Below, piece after piece: positions 37,482-47,499 of a stretch of DNA of 51,230 nucleotides; the first letter of the stretch is position 1; the number at the start of each line of letters is the position of its first letter. The stretch spans positions 1-51,230 of the forward strand of contig CBDURU010000014.1 of assembly GCA_965369865.1 (NCBI GenBank), read 5' to 3'. The notes beneath the pieces were generated by a model, which ran no database searches, had not been told where the DNA came from, and saw only the letters and a list, made by a program, of their open reading frames with translations. The DNA comes from an uncultured bacterium. Lineage in GTDB: Bacteria; JAJVIF01; JAPKYR01. The translations under genes and the position numbers were made by a program.

Positions 37482-38774
37482 ATGCGATATCCCTTATTCC
37501 TGACTGTAATCGTAATGCTGATTTCAGCTATGATATCAACGCAGGCGATTGCGGATGAGAAAAACTATGATGAACACCCTGGCTCGGAGCCTGGATGCGA
37601 TATGGAGATGGATGACTGTTGCGAAGGTGATGGTCCGTCAGAGGGGTGCCCGGCCAAACTTGGGAAATGCCCTGAAGATGATGGTGAAGATTCCAGGTAT
37701 GAAATCCGAATAGAACGTTTTGGAGAAGGCATGCCTGGCATGGGTATGCATCAGGGTGGACCATGGGAGATGCCATGGTACGACCGGCCCTGGGATTTCT
37801 GGCGTCATGTCAAAGAAGATTCGCTGGACTACGATGCGATCCATTTTATGTCCAACGTTCGAAGAATCGCGATACTGCCATTCATCGATATGACCGATCC
37901 TACAATAGAAGGTTATTCAAGACTCGATGATGCCGGCGGTCCACGTCGACTGGCCGATAATCTTGCCGCTGAATTCATGAACTGGGGCTACCTGGTCATT
38001 CCCCAACCGGATGTAGAGGCGTTCTTAACCATGTACATGGGTGGAAATGAATATCGTGAAGTCGATTCGGTGGCTAATAACCAGTTCTTTTTTGAAAATA
38101 TGCCTGACAGGGCAATGGATTTCTATTCTGCCGAGGTACCCGGTCTTAACCGGCATTGGCGATCATCAAGTATGATAGGCCGCTACCTTACCCGCGAAGA
38201 TTATGTTCTGATTGGTGAGATGCTAGAAGCCGATTGTATAGTCCGCGGATTTGTAAACGAATATGCGGTCACGAATGATGTAGATGCCGACTGGCGAACT
38301 TTTATACCGCCGTTTCTCGGACTGATCAATCCGGATCGCAGGGTAACCATGGAGGTTGCCTACTACCTGTACGACGCGCATTCCGGGGAGATGATCTGGA
38401 ACGGAACAGTGGATATCCAGAATGACGCAAACTGGCCGATGTTTACATCCGATCGTGAATTGATCCGCAAGTCCGAGCAAATGGCCGCCTTGCAGATGAC
38501 AGAGCATGTACTGCCCGGATGGCACAGACTCCTGACGTCACATCCGGCCTGGGTACCATTCCATGCATGGGATGGCGCCTACCGGGATTATGGCGATCGC
38601 TGGGACCACCGTCCGAACTGGCTTAACCCAATGCGTATGGGATGGCATGAGACCTACGAAAGGGATGAATTAAGGTTTGAAAACGAACCTGTTGAAAATC
38701 CGCCTGAAAGGCCATGGTTCCGGGATGCCAGCCCCAGTTACAACGGCATCCGGCGATATCTCGGTGAGCGTTAA
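37482..38774 (+). CDS. Exported protein with a CsgG/GNA1162/TolB-N-like domain and a Cys-rich acidic N-terminus
   Basis: Signal peptide (AIA|D); RRIAILPF...LADNLAAEF...ADCIVRGFV...YLYDAHSGEMIW; five Cys in an acidic N-terminal segment. Confidence 0.65.
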   Translation: MRYPLFLTVIVMLISAMISTQAIADEKNYDEHPGSEPGCDMEMDDCCEGDGPSEGCPAKLGKCPEDDGEDSRYEIRIERFGEGMPGMGMHQGGPWEMPWYDRPWDFWRHVKEDSLDYDAIHFMSNVRRIAILPFIDMTDPTIEGYSRLDDAGGPRRLADNLAAEFMNWGYLVIPQPDVEAFLTMYMGGNEYREVDSVANNQFFFENMPDRAMDFYSAEVPGLNRHWRSSSMIGRYLTREDYVLIGEMLEADCIVRGFVNEYAVTNDVDADWRTFIPPFLGLINPDRRVTMEVAYYLYDAHSGEMIWNGTVDIQNDANWPMFTSDRELIRKSEQMAALQMTEHVLPGWHRLLTSHPAWVPFHAWDGAYRDYGDRWDHRPNWLNPMRMGWHETYERDELRFENEPVENPPERPWFRDASPSYNGIRRYLGER

Positions 38775-38800
38775 CAGGAAAAGATAACTTGAAATCCAGA

Positions 38801-38829
38801 CCCCCGGGCGAATTATACCGGGGGATTTT
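38801..38829 (+). terminator. Possible terminator/hairpin before pilT
   Basis: cccccgg-N10-ccggggg followed by atttt. Confidence 0.45.
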
Positions 38830-38850
38830 ATTAAATCGAAAGAATGAAAG

Positions 38851-39942
38851 ATGCCTGATCCTGAGAAGGAAAAAGCTGCTTTAAAAGAGCTTGACAGCCT
38901 TGTCAGCCGTATGGAGGACACAGGCGCAAGCGATCTTCACCTGCAGGAGGGCGAACCACCGTTCCTCAGAATTATCGCCGGACTCGCTCCACAGCCGGAC
39001 TTTGAGCCGGTCAAGCGTGAGATGATCCGCACAATTATCGATGGTCTGCTAAGTGAAGAAAAAAAGTCCACTCTCGAAGAACTTGGTGCTGTGGATGCCG
39101 GGGTTCAGCTTCCGACAATGCGCATGAGGCTCGCGGTATTCAAGCATGCCGGTGGACTTGCATTGAGTTTCCGCGTTATCCCCTCGACCCCCCCGACATT
39201 TCAGGAACTTGGACTCCCTGCGGCGGTCAGACGTTTTGCGAACCTCAATCGAGGGCTTGTAATAATCTGCGGACCGACAGGATGCGGTAAATCGACCACC
39301 GCGGCGGCAATTATCCACCAGATAAATTCCTCACGCAGAGCTCACATAATAACTATTGAAGACCCGGTTGAATTTATTCATAAGTCTCTCACCAGCCTTG
39401 TAGCCCAAAGGGAGGTTGGAAGGCACACTTCTTCATTTGCCAATGCGCTTCGCGAGGGATTGAGAGAGGATCCGGATGTGCTCCTCGTTGGGGAGATGCG
39501 CGATGTCGAAACCATTGAGCTGGCGTTAAGGGCCGCGGAGACCGGACATCTGGTTCTGTCCACGCTTCATACATCGGGCGCAGCGGGAAGTATGGCGCGG
39601 ATAATCGACGCATTCGAAGCAGGTGCGAGAGCGATGATCCGTACACAACTGTCACTTGTCCTGATGGGTGTCTTAAGCCAGATTCTGATACCCACAAAGG
39701 ACGGTAAACGTCGCGTGCCGGTATGCGAGATATTGATCCTTAACGATGCTGCGAGGCACCTGATAAGGGAAAACAAGCTCGAGCAGATTTCAAATGTCAT
39801 CCAGTCCGGAACTGAGGAGGGCATGCTCAGTTTTTCATCGCACATAGCTGAACTGGCCAAAGACGGGATTATCGACACCGCGGGAGGCCTTGATGCTGTT
39901 GGTGAGGCATGGCGTCTCGCTGATATGCTTTTCGAGGGCTGA
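38851..39942 (+). CDS. pilT: Type IV pilus retraction ATPase PilT/PilU
   Basis: ASDLHL, Walker A GPTGCGKST, Asp box TIEDPVE, Walker B LLVGEMRD, His box GHLVLSTLH, AARHLIRE. Confidence 0.93.
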   Translation: MPDPEKEKAALKELDSLVSRMEDTGASDLHLQEGEPPFLRIIAGLAPQPDFEPVKREMIRTIIDGLLSEEKKSTLEELGAVDAGVQLPTMRMRLAVFKHAGGLALSFRVIPSTPPTFQELGLPAAVRRFANLNRGLVIICGPTGCGKSTTAAAIIHQINSSRRAHIITIEDPVEFIHKSLTSLVAQREVGRHTSSFANALREGLREDPDVLLVGEMRDVETIELALRAAETGHLVLSTLHTSGAAGSMARIIDAFEAGARAMIRTQLSLVLMGVLSQILIPTKDGKRRVPVCEILILNDAARHLIRENKLEQISNVIQSGTEEGMLSFSSHIAELAKDGIIDTAGGLDAVGEAWRLADMLFEG

Positions 39943-40075
39943 CTTTTGAACTTAAGATGGGAAATCTGGGGTATCGTCGGTATTGTTTGCACCCAGTCGA
40001 TTTTCATGTATGTAGTGTACTGGATGACGACTGGAATCATAAAAATATACCTGCCAGGTTTCTAGAAATACAGCC

Positions 40076-41275
40076 GTGAATATCCCAGAACTTGATGCAA
40101 ACGTGACACTGATAATCGCCGATGCTCCCCCACTGCACGGCATCAGGCAGCGTGTTCAGCAGCTTGCCGTACGCTTCGCCAGGCTGCTCTCAGAACGCCG
40201 TGGAAGGCTCCTGTACATCGATGAGCCGGGGAATATAGTTACTGTATTCCTTTCCCCGGAAAAACCCCTGAGCAATTTATGGAGATGGATTCCGGGTCCG
40301 AAAATCGATCCTGAAACAGGGATCGCACATTATGTGCCACCCGCGGGACTGCCGTTTGGCTACCATTCATGCACTGTTAACCAATGGAATCATTTCTGGT
40401 ATCCGCTTGGACTTGGGTCGGGATATAAAAATGCTGCGGGTCCGGTAATTCTGATTGTCTGTAACGTTCTCGGGCTCGGATGGCTCGGGAAATTTGGCGA
40501 GGATATCGCAATCTATGACTGTGCCGATGAAATCAGCGAATTCAAACAGGCAAGCCTGCATCGCGAAGCGGTCCTGAGACAGGAAGCGGAACTAATCGGC
40601 CGGGTGGATGCGGTCGTGGCCACTTCCCAATCCCTTTACGATTCGAAATCAAAACATCTAAAATCCGGGAGTCGAATCGAATTAATTCGTAACGCCGCTG
40701 AGATCGGGCATTTTCAGGATGCATTGGACTGGATAGGGCCATGCCCGGACGATATCAGCCATCTTGATAAACCTGTAATTGGGTTTTACGGGTTCCTAGC
40801 GGACTGGCTCGACTGGCCGTTGATAGAAAAAATAGTGAAAAATGGCAGGGAATTCGACTGGGTTTTCATCGGTCCGACAACGAGAAATTTAAACGACCTG
40901 ACCGTCCTACCGAATTTTCATTATTTCGGTAAAAAACCATACAGCGAGCTGCCGTCGTATCTCGCCCGTTTCGCGTGCGCCCATATACCTTTCGACAGAA
41001 CCCCTCTTACGATCCATGTAAACCCCGTGAAGTTGTATGAATACCTTGCCGGCGGTGTTCCGGTAGTCGCGACCCGCATTCCCGAACTGGAACCGTTCAG
41101 CGATACCATCACAATAACAAATGACCCGGATGAGTATCTCGAAGCAATCCGGAAAGCTGTAAGCGATGATACTCCCGATATGCGAAAGCAACGCTCGGAA
41201 AGGGTGAGGAACGAAACCTGGGATTCAAGGGTGGGAAATTATTGTAAATTGATTGGCGAGCTCTTCGGTCGGTAA
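40076..41275 (+). CDS. GT-B glycosyltransferase (GT4/TuaH-like)
   Basis: YDCADE, IGFYGFLADWLD, GKKPYSELP, NPVKLYEYLAGGVPVV, TWDSRV. Confidence 0.88.
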   Translation: MNIPELDANVTLIIADAPPLHGIRQRVQQLAVRFARLLSERRGRLLYIDEPGNIVTVFLSPEKPLSNLWRWIPGPKIDPETGIAHYVPPAGLPFGYHSCTVNQWNHFWYPLGLGSGYKNAAGPVILIVCNVLGLGWLGKFGEDIAIYDCADEISEFKQASLHREAVLRQEAELIGRVDAVVATSQSLYDSKSKHLKSGSRIELIRNAAEIGHFQDALDWIGPCPDDISHLDKPVIGFYGFLADWLDWPLIEKIVKNGREFDWVFIGPTTRNLNDLTVLPNFHYFGKKPYSELPSYLARFACAHIPFDRTPLTIHVNPVKLYEYLAGGVPVVATRIPELEPFSDTITITNDPDEYLEAIRKAVSDDTPDMRKQRSERVRNETWDSRVGNYCKLIGELFGR

Positions 41276-41308
41276 ATAACTTCCATAATGTGCCAACCGA
41301 GGTCGGCA

Positions 41309-42604
41309 CTACTTTGGTTTGATATTTTTTTTGAGCTTTTTAATTCCCTTTACGGCATTTTCCTGAATCAAATCGGCTAACGCCGGATCCCTTTCAAACG
41401 CAAACCTGCTTGCGGCCAGGACCATCCTCGGACGCGCACATTTGGGGAATCTCGGGTTCTTCCTGGTCAGCTCCCATTCAATCTGCAAAACCATGGCATG
41501 TTCTTCCGGTGTGTACCTGACCAGATCGAGCAGCGACTCGTTATTCAAAACCCTCATCTTTCGATTCAGGACCACATCCAGGACCAGGTTCATGGCTCGG
41601 GTAAGCTCGGCCCTTGATATCCTGAATAACTCCTTGTAACCGGTCGATGGGTCGAACCAGACATACTCACTGATTTTCGGGTGCAACGTTTCCCACCTGA
41701 GGTCAATCTCAGCGGCGTCGCCCGCGAACCCGATTCGCCTTAAAACTTCGGTGCAGATACATACGCGGAAATGGCAGACCGGATGCTTCATCATGTCCAT
41801 GCCCTTTACGTCCCAAAGGGTAATATGCGCGCCCCCGATATCCGCGGCGATATCGCATGAGTCCTCCTGGCGTGCCATGACAAATGCGGGACCTGCGAAC
41901 AATGTGCCGTAAATATCCGCCATCGTTTCATCGAGCCAGGAATTCCAGATGATTTCCATCAGGGCGGATTTTTTAAACCCGTACGGGAGTCGCGGTCCGG
42001 GGATTTTGAATCGTTCATTCGAAAGGACGGTACGGATTTTCCTTCCGAGTTCGCGTTCGTAACCGATAACATTATCGAAAATGTTGTGCCCTATCTCATG
42101 CGGGAGCGCAAGCCAGTTCCAGATCGATGTGGTGCCCTTGCGTGGAATTGATACGAGCGCGATCGGGTGCTCGTGCGCATGGGTGTAGGTGTAATAATAG
42201 TCTTCACTGTGCCCGAGGAAAGTCAGCGGCAAAGCATTTTGAGCGTACCTTCGAAGCATACCCTCAAGCGACGGGCTGTCGAAAAATTCCCGGTAATAAT
42301 CCACGGCGATGATATCTGTCAACGCAAGGACATCGTTGTAAACCCCCATTTTACGCTGGGTGATCAGGCTCCTGTAACTGCGCCACAGGTGGAGATCGTC
42401 GTCTTCGACCCCGTGTTCCTCGAAATATTCAAGCACATCGTCCCAGTTTTTTTTATGCGTGGCGAGGGTAGTGGTCTGTTTGGCGATTTTTACCCAGCGT
42501 CGAACATCGGCAAACTCAGCATCGCCTTCACGGTCCTGTCCGATCTGTTTCAGTTCATTGATATCGCCTAAGCGAAATCTTGCTGGTCTGGGCTTCCTGG
42601 GCAT
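41309..42604 (-). CDS. Cytoplasmic HExxH putative zinc metallopeptidase-like protein
   Basis: LPHEIGHN...WLDETMAD...AGPAF...KHP..FR; no signal peptide. Confidence 0.6.
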   Translation of the reverse strand: MPRKPRPARFRLGDINELKQIGQDREGDAEFADVRRWVKIAKQTTTLATHKKNWDDVLEYFEEHGVEDDDLHLWRSYRSLITQRKMGVYNDVLALTDIIAVDYYREFFDSPSLEGMLRRYAQNALPLTFLGHSEDYYYTYTHAHEHPIALVSIPRKGTTSIWNWLALPHEIGHNIFDNVIGYERELGRKIRTVLSNERFKIPGPRLPYGFKKSALMEIIWNSWLDETMADIYGTLFAGPAFVMARQEDSCDIAADIGGAHITLWDVKGMDMMKHPVCHFRVCICTEVLRRIGFAGDAAEIDLRWETLHPKISEYVWFDPSTGYKELFRISRAELTRAMNLVLDVVLNRKMRVLNNESLLDLVRYTPEEHAMVLQIEWELTRKNPRFPKCARPRMVLAASRFAFERDPALADLIQENAVKGIKKLKKNIKPK

Positions 42605-42848
42605 AGTTGGATAAAATTCCAGCGAAAGGTAGGGGGTATTTTACAACATATCCATGGGAGAATGTAGCCCGGCATTTCCTTTGCCGGGTTTTCAGAAGAT
42701 ACGTGAACCATCCCGGCAAAGGAAATATCGGGCTACGAAACTACGAAAATGTAATAATTTTTATAGAAGTAATGGCACGGCAAAATATGTAAATGTTTCA
42801 CCATGGTTAAAAATTTGCGAATTAGTGGCTGTTTACGATTGATAGCGG

Positions 42849-42877
42849 TTGACTTATATCTGATATAGTGATATTTT
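42849..42877 (+). promoter_or_regulatory. Putative sigma70 promoter of the kor operon
   Basis: TTGACT-N17-TATTTT with TGn extended -10; tatatc-t-gatata palindrome in the spacer. Confidence 0.5.
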
Positions 42878-43144
42878 GACCAAAAGTTACAGGTTTCACG
42901 GAAATCATTTAACCAGGATTGGGGAAATTAAGATTACGTGATGTAATGCTTTTAGAATAATTTAAATTTTACACGCGATACTGATCACAGTGGCTCAATA
43001 AAGGGCTTGCGAGGAATCTCGCGGCCATATTTAATTAGGGCGCTATGAGATCAGTTTAATTTTTTACTCGTAACTTCGACACCGGTCCCTCCTGGATTTT
43101 TGGGGCCAGAATAAGTAGTGGGCCGTTTGTTGAGGGAGACTTTG

Positions 43145-43432
43145 ATGCCCGATCCACGTTACTGGCGCAAGCCGTTTGATTCCGACAAGGTCAAATCACC
43201 TAAAGGGGTAGTTTACGTGATAAAGGACCGCTGCAAAGGCTGCGGTTTTTGTGTCGAATTCTGCCCACGGGGTGTACTGGCTCTTTCAGTGGAATTCAAC
43301 AAGAAAGGATATCATCCTCCCGAAGTGGTCCATCCGGATAGATGTGTAAATTGCGACCTTTGTGAACGCATCTGTCCTGAATTTGCGATATACAGCCTTA
43401 ACCAGGATGAGATTATTGAACTCGCTCCGTAA
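43145..43432 (+). CDS. korD: 2-oxoacid:ferredoxin oxidoreductase delta subunit (2x4Fe-4S ferredoxin)
   Basis: CKGCGFCVEFCP...NKKGYHP...CVNCDLCERICPEFAI; ATG 43145 after gggag. Confidence 0.88.
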   Translation: MPDPRYWRKPFDSDKVKSPKGVVYVIKDRCKGCGFCVEFCPRGVLALSVEFNKKGYHPPEVVHPDRCVNCDLCERICPEFAIYSLNQDEIIELAP

Positions 43433-43465
43433 TGTAAACTCGCGAGGCAAATAGAGGTCTAAATC

Positions 43466-44623
43466 GTGCACGCTGATCCGAAAGGAGTTCTTACCGGAAC
43501 TCATTACCTGGATGGGGACCATGCCGCGGCAGAGGGCGCTTGTGCTGCAGGCTGCCGGTTTTTAGCGGGTTATCCGATTACTCCATCCACCGAGGTGGCT
43601 GAACGTTGCGCGTTACGTTTCCCCATGATTGGCGGGATATTCATCCAGATGGAGGACGAGCTCGCGAGCATAGCCGCAATTCTCGGTGCAAGCTGGGGCG
43701 GTTTGAAAACCTTTACAGTCACAAGCGGACCCGGTTTCAGCCTGATGATGGAAAATATCGGGCTTGGAATTATGATGGAATGTCCCTGTGTAATTATTAA
43801 CGTCCAGCGGGGAGGACCGTCGACCGGCCTTCCGACTCTTCCGGCCCAGGCGGACATGATGCAGGCAAGGTGGGGTTCGCACGGGGACTATGAAATCATC
43901 GCGCTTTCACCCAATTCCCCCCAGGAATGTTTCGACCTTACAATTGAAGCGGTCAATCTCTCGGAGCAGTACCGTCTTCCGGTGATGCTGATGATGGACG
44001 AGTGCATCGGGCATATGACCGAGAAGGTTGTCATTCCCCTGGCAGAGGAAATCGATATTGTCCCAAGGCGATGGACCAAAGAAAAACCCGATACGTATCT
44101 TCCTTATAAACCATGCGACGATCTCGTACCGGAAATCGCTCCCCTGGGACATGGATACAGGTTCCATACGACCGGTCTGACCCATGACGAGCGGGGTTAT
44201 CCAGTGCTTAATGCGGAGACGCAGGAAGAATGTGTCGGACGCCTGATGGACAAGGTCAATAAAAACGCCGAGAACATTTTCCATCTTGAGAAGCACAATC
44301 TCGATGACGCCGATGTTATCCTCATCAGCTATGGAATTTCCAGCCGTGTCGCGATCCCGGCGGTCGGAAAGGCAAGGGAAGATGGAATCAAGGTCGGAGA
44401 ACTGAGATTGGTAACAGTGTGGCCGTTTCCGGAAAATTTGATCAGGGAACTTGCCCCAAATATAAAAGCGTTCGTGATGCCGGAAATCAATTACGGGCAG
44501 GTTGTCCATGAAGTTGAACGGTGTGTAGCGGGTAAATGCATAACCAGGCATGTTGGTCATGCGGGTGGATGGGTACACGACCCCGAGTCGATCTACCAGG
44601 CAATAAAAGAGGTGGCAAAATGA
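43466..44623 (+). CDS. korA: 2-oxoacid (2-oxoglutarate-type):ferredoxin oxidoreductase alpha subunit
   Basis: GYPITPSTE, QMEDELAS, TSGPGFSLMME, VQRGGPSTGLPT, ARWGSHGD. Confidence 0.92.
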   Translation: MHADPKGVLTGTHYLDGDHAAAEGACAAGCRFLAGYPITPSTEVAERCALRFPMIGGIFIQMEDELASIAAILGASWGGLKTFTVTSGPGFSLMMENIGLGIMMECPCVIINVQRGGPSTGLPTLPAQADMMQARWGSHGDYEIIALSPNSPQECFDLTIEAVNLSEQYRLPVMLMMDECIGHMTEKVVIPLAEEIDIVPRRWTKEKPDTYLPYKPCDDLVPEIAPLGHGYRFHTTGLTHDERGYPVLNAETQEECVGRLMDKVNKNAENIFHLEKHNLDDADVILISYGISSRVAIPAVGKAREDGIKVGELRLVTVWPFPENLIRELAPNIKAFVMPEINYGQVVHEVERCVAGKCITRHVGHAGGWVHDPESIYQAIKEVAK

Positions 44624-45510
44624 CGGTCGCCGAAAATAAAAAAACAATTGAAAATATCCCGGAGCATCCAAAAAGTTTACTTCTCAGGATGGACCGGATG
44701 CCCCATATCTGGTGTTCAAGGTGCGGCATCGGAATTGTAGTCGGTTGTCTCGCGGCCGCCCTTGAAAAAGCGGGCCTGAGTCCGGATGACATCACCATCA
44801 CGAGCGGAATCGGATGCACCGGACGTGTCGCGGGTTATGTGAAAGTCGACAGTTTCCATACGACCCATGGACGCGCGATCCCATTCGCTGTCGGGCTTGC
44901 CCTTTCACGCCCCGACCTCAAACATGTTGTATTCTCGGGTGACGGCGACCTGGTCAGCATCGGCGGGAATCATTTCATTCATGCTGCAAGGCGAAACCAG
45001 AACCTTCTTGTAATTTGCGTCAATAATTTTACATACGCGATGACCGGGGGCCAGCTCGCGCCGACGACCCCTGTAACAGCGCGCGCCACGACAGCCCCTT
45101 ACGGCAGCTTCGAAAATCCATTCTGCCTCCCAAATCTTGCGATCAGCGCCGGCGCCGATTATGTCGCACGCTGGACATCGCTGCATATCCGAAGAATGAC
45201 CGATACATTTGAGGAAGCCCTGAACCGTGAGGGATTCCGGTTTATCGAGGTCATAGCGCCCTGTTCCACTATCTACGCCAGGCGAAACAAGCTGGGAACC
45301 GGCCTGGACCTTATGAAGTTTTACTACGAAAATTCGGAAATCAAACACGATGCAACAGCCGAAGAGCTTGAAATAGGGTTCCAGACAAAAATCGTTGTCG
45401 GGAAATTTGTCGACAAGGAACGTCCTTCATACGCGAGGGCTATGAACCGGCACCTGGGTAAAATCCTCGGCAAGAAATACATCCCGCCTGAAGTTGGAGG
45501 TCCTCAATGA
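44620..45510 (+). CDS. korB: 2-oxoacid:ferredoxin oxidoreductase beta subunit
   Basis: WCSRCGIG, SGIGC, HTTHGRA, TPP motif GDGD...NN, MTGGQ; ATG 44620 overlaps the korA stop (ATGA). Confidence 0.92.
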   Translation: MTVAENKKTIENIPEHPKSLLLRMDRMPHIWCSRCGIGIVVGCLAAALEKAGLSPDDITITSGIGCTGRVAGYVKVDSFHTTHGRAIPFAVGLALSRPDLKHVVFSGDGDLVSIGGNHFIHAARRNQNLLVICVNNFTYAMTGGQLAPTTPVTARATTAPYGSFENPFCLPNLAISAGADYVARWTSLHIRRMTDTFEEALNREGFRFIEVIAPCSTIYARRNKLGTGLDLMKFYYENSEIKHDATAEELEIGFQTKIVVGKFVDKERPSYARAMNRHLGKILGKKYIPPEVGGPQ

Positions 45511-46085
45511 GTCATACCGACGTCGTCATATCCGGATTCGGCGGCCAGGGAGTAATCATGGCCGGAATCGTACTTGGGAAGACGATCAGTATTTTTTCCG
45601 ATGGTTTCGCGACAATGACACAGAATTTCGGGCCCGAAGCCCGTGGGGGGGCATGCACAGCCCAGGTTGTTGTCGACAGCGACAATCCGATCCGGTACCC
45701 GTATGTGCAGCACCCGAAAATCCTGATCGCCATGAGCCAGGAAGGCTACGAGAAGCATGAACCAAACCTGGCGTCCGACGGGCTTCTTCTTTACGAGGAG
45801 GAGCTTGTTGAACCCCATCCCACCAGGCGCGATCAAATTAAAGCGTTTGGGATTCCAGCGGCCAGGATCGCGGAAGAATTTGGGAATCCGATGGTTCTGA
45901 ACATGGTCATGATCGGGTTCCTTGCCGGTACGAGTAACCTGATCGATATTGAACCCGCGAAGAAAGCGATTGCCGGATGCGTGCCGAGTCATTTTATCGA
46001 TTTGAACCACAAGGCATTTGATAAAGGGTATGAATACGGGTGTAATAAGCTCGAAGCTCTGAAGGCGGCCGGAAGTGAGGTTTAA
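45507..46085 (+). CDS. korC: 2-oxoacid:ferredoxin oxidoreductase gamma subunit
   Basis: SGFGGQGVI, FGPEARGG, NMVMIG. Confidence 0.92.
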   Translation: MSHTDVVISGFGGQGVIMAGIVLGKTISIFSDGFATMTQNFGPEARGGACTAQVVVDSDNPIRYPYVQHPKILIAMSQEGYEKHEPNLASDGLLLYEEELVEPHPTRRDQIKAFGIPAARIAEEFGNPMVLNMVMIGFLAGTSNLIDIEPAKKAIAGCVPSHFIDLNHKAFDKGYEYGCNKLEALKAAGSEV

Positions 46086-46091
46086 ATTTAA

Positions 46092-46496
46092 ATGATCAGG
46101 ATCCCAAAACCCGATCAGAGACGCGAGGCGACCGAACACCTGATCGAACTCTCCGGCCAGAACGTAAAAGTGTGCCTTCAATGCGGGAAATGCACGTCGG
46201 GATGTCCGTTCGCCGAGGATATGGATTACACCCCTCACCAGATCGTGCACCTCGCGCAGCTTGGGCTTATCGAAGAACTTATGGACAGTGAAGCGATCTG
46301 GATCTGTGCCACATGCTTCACGTGCCACAGCAGGTGCCCGGTAGCGATTGATATCGCCGCGCTTTCAGACGCGATTCGGCTGTTGGCTTACAATGAGAAA
46401 GATGTTGGAATCGAACCTTACGATGTTCCTACCGAGGTGATGAAAAAGGAACCACAACAGGCATTGGTCAGTCTTTACAGAAAGTTTTCACGTTAG
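46092..46496 (+). CDS. hdrC: Heterodisulfide reductase subunit C-like protein
   Basis: CLQCGKCTSGCP and IWICATCFTCHSRCP; adjacent to hdrB. Confidence 0.85.
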   Translation: MIRIPKPDQRREATEHLIELSGQNVKVCLQCGKCTSGCPFAEDMDYTPHQIVHLAQLGLIEELMDSEAIWICATCFTCHSRCPVAIDIAALSDAIRLLAYNEKDVGIEPYDVPTEVMKKEPQQALVSLYRKFSR

Positions 46497-46528
46497 GCTT
46501 AAAGGGAGCATTAAACACTTTCGTTCGT

Positions 46529-47461
46529 GTGATTCTTATGAAAGCAGGTTACTATCCAGGTTGTACTTTAAAGGGGAAAGCTCGAAACCTTGATGAGACC
46601 ACCCATCTCGCGATGGGTTTGCTTGGCTCGAAGCTCGAAGAAATCCCTGAATGGACCTGCTGCGGCGCGACTACTCCGCTTACTGGAATGAAAATCGCGA
46701 ACCTGATAGCACAGACCCGACTCCTCGCGAAAACACGCGACGCAGGATACGAAGCGCTCGTTACCACCTGTCCGTTCTGTTTCTCGACCCTGCGGCGCGC
46801 GAACTTTACTTTGAAAAATGATGAGCTGATTTGTAAACGCATGAATACGTACCTTGCAGAGGACCTGAGATTAAGGGATTACGAGGATCCGCCGCCACCA
46901 TGGGTACCTTACTCGGGAGAAACAAAAGTACTCCATACGCTTGAATGGATTCGGGACACAATCGGATTCGATGTTATCCGTGCAGCATCGAAAAACAAGC
47001 TTGCAGGACTGAAAGTAGCGCCGTTCTACGGCTGTCAGATGTTAAGGCCTGCCAACGAACTCGCGATGTGCGATCCTGAGGATCCAAAGATTTTCGAGGA
47101 ATTTCTTGATGCCCTGGGTGCCGATGTACTGAATTTTCCCGCACGAATTGATTGCTGCGGAAGTTACCTATCGATCGCGAAGCCGAAAGCCGCAATTCGC
47201 GCGTCGCATAATATATTGAATTCCGCGAGTAAACTCGGCGCCGACACAGTAGTAGTTTCGTGTCCTTTGTGTTTCTATAATCTCGATGCCCTGCAGCCTG
47301 AAATGAAAAAGGAATATCCTGATTACCGTCCGATTCCGATCACCTATTTCACGCAGCTTCTCGCGATGGCCATGGGTGTTACGCTTGAGAAACTCGGACT
47401 TGAGTCGCATGTAACCGATCCAAAACCAATGCTGGAAAGATTTATGACTGTTACAGCATAA
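46529..47461 (+). CDS. hdrB: Heterodisulfide reductase subunit B-like protein (two CCG domains)
   Basis: YYPGC, WTCCGA, TCPFC, FYGCQ, DCCGS, SCPLC, YFTQLL. Confidence 0.88.
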   Translation: MILMKAGYYPGCTLKGKARNLDETTHLAMGLLGSKLEEIPEWTCCGATTPLTGMKIANLIAQTRLLAKTRDAGYEALVTTCPFCFSTLRRANFTLKNDELICKRMNTYLAEDLRLRDYEDPPPPWVPYSGETKVLHTLEWIRDTIGFDVIRAASKNKLAGLKVAPFYGCQMLRPANELAMCDPEDPKIFEEFLDALGADVLNFPARIDCCGSYLSIAKPKAAIRASHNILNSASKLGADTVVVSCPLCFYNLDALQPEMKKEYPDYRPIPITYFTQLLAMAMGVTLEKLGLESHVTDPKPMLERFMTVTA

Positions 47462-47499
47462 ACTTCCTGACCCGAATCAACATACAAGGAGCCTTAAAC

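Noticed and set aside
42788..42804. Rex operator upstream of the kor operon (atgtaaatgtttcacca)
   Set aside because: Spacing and half-sites deviate from TTGTGAA-N4-TTCACAA
43907..46328. Long antisense ORFs (43907-44671 and 45504-46328; likewise 23520-24230 and 34618-35337)
   Set aside because: Shadow ORFs opposite well-supported genes, with no recognisable motifs
46092..47461. Evidence of methanogenesis or archaeal origin from hdrBC
   Set aside because: Context is bacterial (secretin, pilMNOPQ, lipoproteins) and HdrBC homologs are widespread in anaerobic bacteria
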